From Octopus vulgaris (Eukaryota), in assembly GCA_951406725.2 (NCBI GenBank), contig OX597823.1, positions 11,222,001-11,286,000 of the forward strand: DNA of 64,000 bases, read 5' to 3'. Of the stretch, positions 24,992-38,471 are shown piece after piece. The notes below the pieces were generated by a model. The model did no database searches. It was not told where the DNA came from and saw only the letters and a program-made list of their open reading frames with translations. The first letter of the stretch is position 1. Each line of letters starts with the position of its first letter. Made by a program: the position numbers and the translations under genes.

Positions 24992-26479
24992 CACACACAA
25001 GCAATTAAGATGTGTGTACGTGAATGCAAGCAGTCCAGTTGTATTGATATAAGTTAAAAGTGGTGTTTGACATATCATCGGCTAAAACCATAAACAGCCT
25101 TGACCTTAACTGCCATCTTGCCTTGCCTTTTTAGTTATTACAACTTGCCAACCATAGAATGTAGAACAAGCTTGGCTTCAAACAACATACTTGTTGGCTC
25201 CAGAAATCAATAACCTACAGATATTTTTCACCAGTGCTAATGCTATGACTATTCAAGCAGAAATGGAACAGCCTAGACGTCAGTCGCAACATCAGATTGC
25301 TACTGCAGCTAGTGTCATTACTACTACTACTGCTGCCGCTGCTACCGCTGCTACCGCTGCTACTGATTGCTGCTGTTATTGTTGCAAATTGCTGCTACTG
25401 TTACAAATCTTCCTACTGTACACATACACTTGGAGCAACTGCAAAACTACTTATGCCATTTTTAAAAAAATCAATAGATCAAAACTGATCAAATAACCCC
25501 CGTCGTACATCCCACTCCTTTTTTCGATTTTTTTTTTTTTTTTTTTTTTGGTTAGCATATTAACAATTTTGAATGTCTCATATGATAAAGAACTGAGATG
25601 AGAGAAAGGAGGGGGACCATGGGGATGTGGGGGGTGGGGGTGAGAATGATGAATTCTTTTCTTCCCATGACTGTCTGTGGAAATATCTCTATTATGAGAC
25701 TATGTTTTAAAAAAGCCATTGGTAGCACCAGAAAGAGAAGAAATATCATAGAAATAATGTGTTATATATAACTGTGTCCTATTGATTTCCATATGCTTTT
25801 TAATATGATAATAGAAGGGAGGATAATACTCATGGATGGATTTCATCTTCATCCTCCCTCTCTCTCTCTCTCTATCTCTCTCCTCCTATACACACACACA
25901 CACACATATATATGCACATACATACATACATACATACATACATATGAAATCTGTAATTGGTACCAGAGCATGCATAATAAATTTGATGTCTTAAAAATCA
26001 TGTTTCTTTCATAGAACTACTTCATATAATGATTGATTTTTACATTGAAATAATTGTTATAGAAATAATCAATAATAACAATACCATATATGGAAATGTA
26101 AGTGCTTAATATGTTGTGTGCCTCCCTTCCCCTCCCTCATTCATCATGATCATTCTATGCTGACAATATTATCATGAAAATTGTGATTATGCATGGAAAG
26201 AACGTATGACGTAATGGAAAAATTTCATCTCCTACTTTTCTACTGCAGTACAATACTACATTAGTGCCTCTTCTTCCTACTCATCATAAATAGCATTATA
26301 GTTTTGTTTTGTTGTTGTGGGTTTTTTTTTGTGTGTGTCTTAAGCTGCAAATAAGAATATTCCTTTCCTATCCGATCCGATCCATAAAGAATAGTAGGCA
26401 ACGCAGATCCCAGCCATAATATATATATATATATATATATATTGGCAAAATGAATAAAGACTCTGTGAGTGGGGTATAC

Positions 26480-26523
<44 letters not shown>

Positions 26524-26702
26524 CTATGTATGTATCTATGTATGTATGTATGTGTGTGTGTATGTATTCATAGCTAGCTCACTGAGTTTGTATCCATTTT
26601 ACTAAAATTCTTGGGGGTTTTTAGCGCAGATGTGGTTGTGATGCGATCAGATTTAGATTTAATTATATTGTAAAAATATTAATGACTACTACTACTACTA
26701 CA

Positions 26703-26733
<31 letters not shown>

Positions 26734-27714
26734 CTTCTTCTTCTTCTTCTTCTTCTTCTACTCATCATCATCATCATCATCATCATCACTTATTTATATT
26801 TTATTCACAGCAGCTCCAAAAGTGTATCTGTCAGACTACTTTCAATAGTAGTGAATTAAAGTCCATGCTGAAAAAAATTTGTAGATTTCTCTTTAGAATA
26901 TTCTTTTGTAAATACACATCACATTTGTTTAACCCTTGCTGAAAATATTTTATGTGAAGGTCATTCACAGTCAGCCGCAGAAATAAATTAAATACAAAAT
27001 AATTATAACATTCTTAATGGAATTATGACTTGTGACCAGTTTTTTTTCCTTTTATCTTTTTCTTTTTTTTTTATAATTTAACTCTTGCATTTGTGAAGAA
27101 ATCATTAATTATTGAAAATTTTTCTAAAATTTGTATTAGCAAAATCTGACAAAGTAAATAACAACAAACCTACTCTATTTAGTGAGAAATCCTGTACAAT
27201 TCTCATTTACTGTTCTATTTCTTTGACAATTATCTCCATCTTTGAATAATTTATCTCCTGTTTACATCAACCTTTCCATGGAACTTTATTTTTTCATCAA
27301 ATGTTTACTTTCTGTAATTCAAAATTTGTCCTTCAACTAAATAGCCTTTGTGAAAACTATCAGAAAATTTACCTCCCCCTCTTTGAAAATGCCTGTTTCA
27401 CCATGGTTGAACATTTCAAGTGAAATACCCCGATAGTTGTTTTAACAATTCTTGTTTAGACGTAAAACATATCAGAACATAACTAAGCAATTTGTTTTGC
27501 CTCTTTACATTTGGAGTTCAAATTCTGTCTGGATCAACTTGAAGAAAGAAAGGACAGATGCAATGCATGAGGTGTATATATACACACAAACAGAGAGAGA
27601 GAGAGAGAGAAACATACATGCATACATGCGAGCATATATACATACATATACATACATACATTCATACATACATACATTCATACATATACACCTGTATGAG
27701 TTCATATATGAGTT

Positions 27715-28080
27715 TACTGAGAAATATTTTGGGCAAGTGTCTATTATAGTCTGGGCCAACCAAAGCCTTATGAGTGGATTTGTTGGGAGGAAACTGAAAG
27801 AAGCCTTCCATGTGTGTATATGTGTGTGTGTGCATGTGCGCATGTACTCATGTATGAACACTTGTGTGTGCCCTTCTCTTGACATCATGGGATTGCTTTA
27901 AATGAGCATCATCATCATCATCATACAAACAATATTGTTCACTTCTAGTCATCTGTGAAAACATGGTTGGCTATGGGTAAATATGACCTTATTTGGAAAC
28001 AGGTCAGGGTTGATGATATGAAATCTACTTTAATGAATTTCATATGACTTATACAAGAAAGCAAAATTGGATGTTAAAAT
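27715..28080 (+). mobile_element. Degenerate SINE sharing the family A body but with a different 3' part
   Basis: gggcaagtgtct...gagtggattt...aactgaaagaagcc matches family A, then the sequence diverges. Confidence 0.6.
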
Positions 28081-28479
28081 GGTTGTGTGTGTGTGGGTGT
28101 TGGGTCACCAAGTAAAACTAAGCAAGGTGAAACATGAATGCTTTTTTGGGGGGTTCTTTGAAGAAGAATCCTCTAAAGTTAATAATGCTGTGGTGAAAGA
28201 GGCTACAGCAGATAGTAACAGGACAATCCTTCATTTTCTGGCCCTGGACTGAGAGACTGTCTGAAACCTATTCTTATAGACACTGTATGTTATTGTGTAT
28301 GTGTGTGTGTGTGTGTGTGTGTATGCTTATATACGTGTGTATATATATCATCAACATCACCAATGTGTCATTTTTTTTTTCCATGCTGGAATAGATCAGA
28401 TGAAACTTAGGCAGAATTTTTTTATGGTTGGATGCTCTTCCTGTAGCCAACACACCTGCTCCCAAGAGAAGTAATATTA

Positions 28480-28970
28480 GTTTCAGATTTTGACACAACC
28501 CCAGTAACTTTGAGTGAAGGGGTAAGTCAATTTCATCAGTCCTAGTGGTCAACTGGTTCGTATTTTATCAAACCTGAAAGGATGAAGGACAAAGTTGACC
28601 TCAGCAGAATTTGAACTCAGAACATAAAGATGGATGAAATACTACTAATCATTTTGCTGGCACACTAACCAGGGCTGTGGAGTCAAAACAAAACACTTTG
28701 ATTCTGACTCCTCTACTATAGGCACCTTCGACTCTGACTCTTCTTTATTTAATTAAGTGAATGTGGTCTACATATCTCATAAAGGATATGCATACACTTG
28801 TACTTTGAATAGGCCTATATGTTATAACTGGTTTTTATTAAAGAATAAAGATACTGTGAGCTGGAGTCAGTATAGTTTTACTGACTCCGACTCCAGCTAC
28901 CCCTTAATTGTTTCTGACTCCGACTCCATAGCCTTGGTGCTAATGATTCTGCCAGCTCACTGCCTTAAAG
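28480..28970 (-). mobile_element. SINE family C interrupted by a MITE
   Basis: The two halves rejoin as ...ctggc[gtgctaac]gattctgccagctc, as in the intact 36415-36643 copy. Confidence 0.8.
28670..28936. mobile_element. hAT-like MITE
   Basis: TIRs CAGGGCTGTGGAGTC / GACTCCATAGCCTTG, subterminal (GACTCC)n, and a degenerate 8-bp TSD acactaac/gtgctaat inferred from the host SINE. Confidence 0.75.
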
Positions 28971-29839
28971 AATGGTAATAATGAGAGATTGTTAGACTAA
29001 AGGAACTCTGACTTTAGTTCAATCATGCTGGTTCATCCTACATGATTATTTCTACATGATGAACCTCATCTACAATTCATGTAAAACAGATTCAGTTTTG
29101 ATCTAAATATTGCTCATTGAATGTGGTCTACATGCCTCATAAAGGAACAGTAAATGGTGGTGCCCCAGCATGGCCACAGCTCGTGAGCTGGAACTAGATA
29201 AAATAAAAAAATAAAAAATTTTAAAAATTGGAATTATTAGTATTTCACTTAATTTGGGTGTGTGTGTAACTTAAGGGAGATTTTTTCAGTTACATATAAA
29301 CATATTGACCTTTAATCAGAATTATTAGAATATATATATATATATATAGTGTGTGTGTGTAACAAACGCATATTGAAATTTAAAATTTAAAAGTCAATAT
29401 TAGGTCAGATGTAGGTCTTTTGGTACAATGTACTTATAGGGTAACCTGATTCTGGTTTTCTTAATCCTAAGTTGCTAATTTAGGAAGGTATAATTTTGCT
29501 GGCTCACCTTATGAGAATGTGAGCATTTAATTCAGTCTAATGAGGCTTAGGGTTTAAGTAAACATAAAATTTCAAAATATAATTTAAAGATAAACCAAAA
29601 ATAGATATTGTCTTCATGCATACACAAATGTGTATACAAACACATGCACACACACGTTCACACATATGCACACATATGCTCATACATACGTACACATATA
29701 TGTACATATGTATATACATGCAAACAAGCATATACACAACACACACATATGCCCAGCATTAACTTCATCCAGTAGTCTTAATCTTTTAGTTTAGATGGCT
29801 CAGGATAACTGCCCCTTCTCAGATTAACTTACATTATAT

Positions 29840-29904
29840 AGATATGTGTATATCTGTATTTATACACACATACATACATGCATATATATAGGTGTATGTG
29901 TATG

Positions 29905-29977
<73 letters not shown>

Positions 29978-30236
29978 GTATATACACACACATGTATGTA
30001 TACATCTATATGTGTAACTGTATATATATGTATGTATATATGTATATATATATATATATGTATATGTATATATGTATATATGTATGTATATATGCATATA
30101 TATGTATATATATGTGTACATATATGTATATATGTGTGTATATATGTGTGTGTATATATATATGTATATATATATGTATGTATATATATGTGTGTGTGTA
30201 TGTATATATATTTCTATGTTTTTATATATGAATATG

Positions 30237-30271
<35 letters not shown>

Positions 30272-30545
30272 GCATAAATGTATGTGTGTGTATATATGTG
30301 TATATATATGTATTTATATATAAATATGTATATATATGTATATATACCTATATGCATATATGCATATATATGCATAAATGTGTGTGTGTGTGTATACATA
30401 TGTATATAGGTGTTTATATATTTGTGAAAATACATATCATTCTCTTTGTATATATATATGTATATTTGTGTGTATATATATAAATATGTAAAAATGTATA
30501 TATAAATGTATATCTCTCTGAATATATGTGTATGTCTATGTATGA
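29840..30545. repeat. Compound (TA)/(TG)/(TATG) microsatellite
   Basis: Read directly from the sequence. It is the source of the YI/CV pseudo-ORFs. Confidence 0.95.
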
Positions 30546-30889
30546 TAATAATGATGTAATGTAATAATATAATAATAATAAACTTATGGCATATAGTACC
30601 TAGATGCACTGCAACTCATCAGAGATGGTTAAAGAAGGGGCAGAACGCAGACATATAAACCAATTAAAGAAAGACAGCAATAAATGTTAGAATTAATTCC
30701 AAATTACACATAAAACACATAAAGATAGAACAGTGAATATTTAAAGGGTATATATTTTTGCATATCTATCTGTGTGTCTGTCTATCTATCTATCAGCATA
30801 TATATATTTAAGTAGGTGAATGAATTATCCTAGCATGGAAAATTTGGTTAATCAAAAAGTTTTTGTTCGTCTTGAGGCTGAAAGAGGCT

Positions 30890-30984
30890 CTTTATCTTTC
30901 CTGATGAGAAGATGACATAATGCACCCTTTATTCCTTCAGAATTAAGAGTATGCCGTCTTCGAAACATGTGTCGAGAGTAAAGG
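30890..30984 (+). ncRNA. Type I hammerhead ribozyme with a canonical core
   Basis: Stem I CTTTA-T-CTTTC / GAGAG-TAAAG; CTGATGA (30901-30907); stem II GAAGATG-A-CATA...TATG-C-CGTCTTC; GAAA (30962-30965); short stem III CATGTG; TC with the predicted cut after 30973. Confidence 0.75.
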
Positions 30985-31023
30985 AATTTTGTTAAAATCT
31001 TCGTTCGACTCCATTCTTTCATT

Positions 31024-31063
<40 letters not shown>

Positions 31064-31279
31064 TATATATATTATATACATGTATGATATATAAATGAAA
31101 TATAAAGGGTAGAGAAAGACAGACAGACAGACACACACACACACATACACACACACACTATACAACATACATGTATTTGCTTTGCAATCTTCAAAGCCTC
31201 CTACAGAGTATAATTTGGGTTGACCAATACCGTGGAACCTATGTTGGTTGATAAGAAATATATGAAAACTCTTCATACA

Positions 31280-31492
31280 CACATGCATGCTTACTTACAA
31301 GCATACATACATGCATCCATCCATACATACATACATACATACATACATACATACATACATACATACATACATACATACATACATACATACATGCATGCAT
31401 GCATACATACATACATACATACATACATACATACATACATACATACATGCATGCATGCATACATACATACATACATACATACATACATACAT
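31280..31492. repeat. (CATA)n/(CATG)n tetranucleotide microsatellite
   Basis: Read directly from the sequence. Confidence 0.95.
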
Positions 31493-31616
31493 TTCTTTCT
31501 GCGTCTTTATAATTTATGCCATCCAACAAAAACTGTATCTGTATTTATGTATCTCGTGTATCTGGGTGATAAATAAAATTGCAAAAATTAGTACCAGTTT
31601 TAGAAATAAGCAGAAA

Positions 31617-31734
31617 CACAACCGACAACAGAATGTATAGAAGGGGTTGATCTAGGCCCATCAACTGTAATCCTGTAGCGATGGAATCAATTGTGTGTTG
31701 TTACCCCTTCTCATACATTCTGCTATTGGTTGTG
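31617..31734. repeat. ~32-bp inverted repeat with a 54-nt spacer
   Basis: CACAACCGACAACAGAATGTAT-AGAAGGGGT against ACCCCTTCTCATACATTCTGCTATTGGTTGTG. Confidence 0.8.
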
Positions 31735-33299
31735 CATCCACTACGGCAAGATAGAAATTTGCAATTTACAGCTATTTGATCCTTGTTCCTGCGCTTATAA
31801 AATGAGCAAATTATAAAACTTGACAATATGACTGACTCAGACCCCCTGCAAAGTGTAGTCTAGCATGGCCACAATTTTAATGACTGATAAAAATATTCTT
31901 TTACCCATTTACTTTTTTCTTTCACTTATATATATATATATATATATGACTGACCTGATCACTGGAAAATGATAATTTTACATACACACGTGTGCATGTG
32001 TGTACATTTGAGCAGTAAAGCTGATTGAACGAAACCTTGGTTCAAGTGGTCACGTGTGTAACCCATTTTATCTTATATTTGAAAAAAGCCTCCCACCTAT
32101 ACACCAACCATATAGAACATGTATAGCTGATAAACAGACCATTGAAGAACTAGACAATAGATTATTAGCTGATATCTCTCACACTGGAGCTATAGTAAAT
32201 CTATGGAGAAATACTTAACTCTTCAACGTCCTGGTCATCTTAGTTGTGATTAGGTACCATAAGGTACAAAAGTTTAGTGGATATGGTACCATCGACCAGA
32301 TAATGAATTGGCAGTTCATAACTCTGGCAGTGACATAGAAGTCTTCTGTGGTCAAGGCACTTAATGCTCAAATGGTCCAGTGAAATTAGTTATCACACAG
32401 ATTTTTTTTGTCTTCATCTGAAGAGGTAGCAGTACCCGTCCATGACCTTTGTAGTCTAATTTTCAAGATAGATACCACTGAAGTCCAACTTGAACATGTA
32501 TTAGGTCATCAACTGGGCAATAGGAGGGTTTTTTGTATTTGTGGTGCTGATAGCATATGAGTGAGTGGATGGTGGGTCAGATAAATGTGACAATAAATAT
32601 AGGAATTGTCCATTAAAATACTTCCTGTTACATTTTTCATGAAATGTAGCATAAACTTTTACAATTACATACATCTAATTTTGAAGGTGAAATGTTTGTT
32701 TTTCCTATGATTTTGAAGGAATCAGACCAACAAAGCCATTGAAAGTTGCTCATTTTTTTTAAGCCCCTACTTGCAACTGACAATATTTGTAATTGTAAGA
32801 ATGACTACAAGTGTAATGCTCCTACTTAGTTTTTTACTAAGTGTTGATAGACTATTGCACTTGTCTCACTTTGAAGATGAAATGTTTTGGTTTTGATGTG
32901 TTTTGAACAAATCTAACCATTTAAAAATCGTTGGAAATAACTCATAAATTGCTCCCTGCAAATAACAACAGGTGTAATTGTAAAAATTTTCTTAATCTAT
33001 GAAATGGTACACATAAGAAAATCCTTTTTGCTGAGTGAATAAAAAATGCCAATTAATGATCAAAGAACTTGGTTTAGTTCTTCAATAAGTACACAAATTA
33101 AATCTAAGAGATAAAGAATCTTTGAACCATCAAAAAATATGAAACAAATGTGACAATAAAGAAAAGAAAATTTAATGCAAACTGTTGATGTATTAATGAT
33201 TGAGACCTGACATTGTTTATTGTTTGAAAGCTCTTCAGTACTTCATTTAGGAAAATCATTGTTCATACAAATAAATGCTGCCATCCTGGTAATGTACTT

Positions 33300-33722
33300 A
33301 TAATATAATATATAATATAATGAAATTATTGTATACAGTGCTCAGGTGCACCACAACTTGTCAGAAAGTGCATATAAAGTACATGCAGTAATGTACAAAT
33401 GTCTGGAAAGCGAACAATGTATGAGTCAGATACATGCTTGTGTTTGTATGGAGGGGAGAAAATCAGGTGTAGTGTTGGCGAATCTCAGAAAGCATGGAAG
33501 TTTTGAAGGATACATTGCTCCGACAACTAATGACTGATGCCTGCAGTTTGTTCCATGCTTCAGCAACTCTCAGCGTGAAAAAATGTTTCCTGAAGTCATG
33601 GGAGCTGTGCTGTTTTCTTACTTTGTAAATATGTCCATGGGTGTTAGATGGGTAGAGTTTGAAAAGGTGCTCAGAGTTATTGTTTGTACGGGTGGAGTTT
33701 GAAAAGGTGCTCAGAGTTATTG
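33300..33722 (-). mobile_element. CR1-like LINE 3' end, sister subfamily with a longer 3' UTR
   Basis: SNTHGHIYKVRKQHSSHDFRKHFFTLRVAEAWNKL peptide. The 3' UTR has an extra segment relative to the 8647 copy. Confidence 0.9.
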
Positions 33723-33889
33723 TTATGAAATGATGCATCACTATCCATATGGATTAACTAGTCATCCACTGACTTTGATGTAGTTTTGTGCTATCAAGTT
33801 CATTTGACTGCTTGTGACACTTTTGTATCATCAGCTCAGATGGTGAGAGTGGCTGACTGTATGACTGTTGGCATGTTTGAGAGATCCAC

Positions 33890-34112
33890 CTCAAACAATC
33901 ATGGTCTCAGTACAGTTCCCTAAAGACTTCAATGAGAGTTGATATCTCCTGAGAGAAAGCAACACTGTCTGCTACTCTCTGACTCTTATCTTTCAAAAAG
34001 TCATAAGGAGACTTCTCTAGATTTCCAACATTTTCATGGTTATACTGTTTGTGATGTATCATCCTGTGATCAACTTTGTTGAATACTTTGGCAAAGTTGA
34101 GATATATCACAT
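33890..34112 (-). mobile_element. Degenerate CR1-group RT fragment
   Basis: IYLNFAKVFNKVDH...FLKDKSQRV resembles the YLDFAKAFDKVDH...FL.DRSQRV motif. Confidence 0.75.
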
Positions 34113-34115
34113 CCT

Positions 34116-34176
<61 letters not shown>

Positions 34177-34177
34177 C

Positions 34178-34232
<55 letters not shown>

Positions 34233-34975
34233 AGAAGAAAATTAGCAGAACAGATGTTATTTTAATGAGATTCACCTTGTGCTCACCTGCTCACCAGAAG
34301 AAACACATCTACACTGACAGATACTCCTAAACCAGTTGTTCAGTATCCTGCCTGTGATGGATCAATGCTAGATAAGTTGAAACAATTGTAGTAATCAATA
34401 AACATTCTCATATCTTTCATTTTTCCATCTCTCCCATTAATCAAACACACACACACACACACACACAACACACACACACACACACATACACACACACCTG
34501 TTAAATTTGTTTATGGGAAATGTTTTGAATGTGCAAATAAAGCTCCTATTCATTTATGCTGGTCACAGTCTAATGACGCTGATTGGTGAACCAGTTTTTT
34601 GAGGTTGCATCGAGCTGTACCAATATAATGTAGGATAAATCTAGTAATAATAACAATAATCTTTCAATTGAATTTTTAAACGTTTAATGCGTCGCTACGT
34701 GCATTTCCACAAATCATGTCTTTTAAGAGCAGAGTTCGTATTCCTGGTATGATTACAGTGTAGTCTGTAGTATCCATGGACATTGGATAAATCATCTTCA
34801 TGGATTCATTTCTTCAGGTGATATAACATTAATGGATGTTTAACAGAGTACTGTTTATCCTTTTAGATCCCTTAATCTTCTCAGGAAAACAGACTGTGAT
34901 ATCAAGAGACATGGGATTTGTGCAAACACATGTCATGATGCATTAACTGTTTATAAATTCTATCCAAGGATTATT

Positions 34976-36013
<1,038 letters not shown>

Positions 36014-36039
36014 GACATACATATATATATATTTATATC

Positions 36040-36362
36040 AAGAGTAAAAAGAACCCCTTCAGTCATGGATGGCCATGGGATTGCACCTAGAAAGATCCCC
36101 TCTGAGACACAAGTTTGTTTGTGGAAGACCAGCAGTCGCCCATACAAATCTGTCTCCCCTCCCCATGCCACTGATGTTGTCCATGGGAAAGGCCAATACA
36201 GCTTGGCACCAGTGATGTCATAACTCATTTTGACAGCTGAGTGAATTGGAGCAGTGTGAAATAAAATGCCTTGTTCAAGAACACAACACACAGCCCAGTC
36301 CAGGAATCAAACTCACAACCTCATGTTTATAAGCCTGACACTCTAGCCACTGACCTATGCAC

Positions 36363-36365
<3 letters not shown>
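36040..36365 (-). mobile_element. tRNA-derived SINE family D
   Basis: The minus strand starts GGTGCATAGGTCAGTGGCTAGAGTG...GAGTTTGATTCC (A and B boxes). Related fragments lie at 41520-41660 and 61985-62125. Confidence 0.75.
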
Positions 36366-36414
<49 letters not shown>

Positions 36415-36417
<3 letters not shown>

Positions 36418-36643
36418 TTTCTTTACTACCCACAAGGGGCTAAACACAGAGAGGACAAACAATGACAGTCAAACAGATTAAGTCGATCATATCGACCCCA
36501 GTACGTAACTGGTACTTATTTAATCGACCCCGAAAGGATGAAAGGCAAGTCGACTTCAGCAGAATTTGATCTCAGAACGTAGCGGCGGACGAAATACCGA
36601 TAAGCATTTTGCCCGGCGTGCTAACGATTCTGCCAGCTCGCCT
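36415..36643 (-). mobile_element. tRNA-derived SINE family C, young copy
   Basis: The minus strand starts GGCGAGCTGGCAGAATCGTTAGC (A box), with B box-like GAGATCAAATTC. CpG-rich, with many diverged relatives in the window. Confidence 0.85.
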
Positions 36644-38423
36644 ATATATATATGTGTGTGTACACGTGTGTGTGTGTGTATGTACACACACACACACACA
36701 GCTCAAAATATATACCAACCTAAAAGGCTGTGTGGTGGCAAATCCGTCACTAAGTGGCATGTAGTATATATCTTCTCCTCTGGCACTAGTCCTTACTCTT
36801 GTAGGGGATCAGCCTTGAGCAGGGGAATGTCTGAACTTGTGATTTAGTACCAAGATTGTCCTAGCTAGAACCTTCACAATGAGAGCCTCTGTTCTCAAAA
36901 GCTCTCCTTGGAAGGGGCATAACTCAAAAAAAAATTAAACAAAGTAGCCTATAGCAAACATGCGGATGAAGGCCTATGAGTCGAAAGCTTTAACTTGCGG
37001 AAGAAAGCAAGCTAAGAAGATACAGCTCAAACAATCCGTGGCTGTTTCATTCCCTTATCCTTCATGTCCCATTTCAGATGTGCTACAAAGGATTTCTTCA
37101 AGGCCCACAATTTGTGGGCCACTTAGTGGCAAGAAAAAAAAGGAACCTTCACACACACACACACACACTTATGTACACATCACTCTGCTTCAAAGCACTG
37201 ATGTGTGGGCCTCTTTGTTCTCCTAAGTGTGCAGTCAAATGGTTTGCTTGCAACCTTAAAATTGTCTTCCCAGCACACCCCTACTACCAATCACACTTCC
37301 AAACAAATGCCATCAACAACAAACCTTGAACCCCACACACACACACACACAAATCAAACTAACTTGTTGACCCAAACATTTCTTCATGATGCTAATACCT
37401 CTCTTTTCATCATCTTTAACTTAATAACTGTCTATATAAACAAGTGCCAATGCGAATGACCTTCAAACATGTATTTGGCGTTAACAGATCAGAAGGGAGA
37501 TAAATCTTCCTTATCTCATCTCTCTGAACTAAAAAATTAAAAGCATCGTTTTTGCTGGAATGCTTTTGTTGTGGGAGACAGTTTGTGGAGTAATTATTGA
37601 TTTATGATGTTGTTATTGTTGTTTTTTTTTGTGAGCCCCATGTCATTCCCTAATTGAGCAAACTTATGGTCAAAGACATTCCAGCCATGACCATTCTGTC
37701 TTATAAGCGTAGTGCATTTAGGACTACTTAATGCATTAGGTTCCTCCTTTCAAAAGATGGTAGGGTGTGATTTGATGAAAATCTGATTACATTTTGTAGT
37801 CAGTTGAGCGACCACATAATAACTAAAGCAGTTTCTTTGTTTTTAATATTACTCTGCCAGTTTATAAATACAGAAGCATATAATCATAGCTTCATTAGAT
37901 GTAAGCCAGCTCAGCCCACCCTGGGTGAATGCTGTCTCAAAACAAGAAGAATGATTATGTGGAAAGTTGTGATTATCTAGTTGGCATCCTTACAAATAGA
38001 GTTTTTAAACTCAAATTACTTTACAACAAGTCTACATATATTTTTATAAATAAAGGTATATATTCTCAATTCATAACTGACTTAAGAGAAAAGACTGTTA
38101 TAATTGTGTGTTAGTAAACTGGTTTATTTCCTTATTCCTAATGGTTTTATACAACTGGGTCAATATAATTAACTAAAATCCTTGAAGGCAGTGTTCCTGT
38201 TTAGTCTACAGTTCAATGGTTGAAGCCAGTAAAAGAATGAAAGAATATATACAGCTTGTAGAATTTCTGTTTCTTATACTTCTTGTGTAGTAATGATTCA
38301 GTGGGTATGAATTTCATATTTCTTAATATATCAGTATTTTGTATGTTTGTATCTACACTCAGTAATATTCAGAAACAGTATTATATATCAGATAGCTGAA
38401 AAACAGATTTAATTATTTAACAG

Positions 38424-38471
38424 AAGTGAAAGAAGAAGAACAAGTAACTGATAAGATAGTAACCAAATCAG
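38424..38471 (+). CDS. Weak candidate 48-nt symmetric exon (..VKEEEQVTDKIVTKS..)
   Basis: TTTAACAG acceptor, CAG|GTATC donor, open purine-rich frame, TE-poor context. Confidence 0.25.

Noticed and set aside
25191-25496. 101-aa ORF with Ala/Thr runs
   Set aside because: TTG start, triplet-repeat composition, no splice signals or recognisable domain.
26338-26416. 25-codon minus-strand ORF (MAGICVAYYSLW..)
   Set aside because: Too short to distinguish from chance without conservation or ribosome data.
29834-30609. Long ORFs rich in YI/CV/HT repeats (also 35066-35552, 46896-48280, 58072-58647, 62280-62742)
   Set aside because: Translations of dinucleotide microsatellites that lack stop codons. 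They are not genes.
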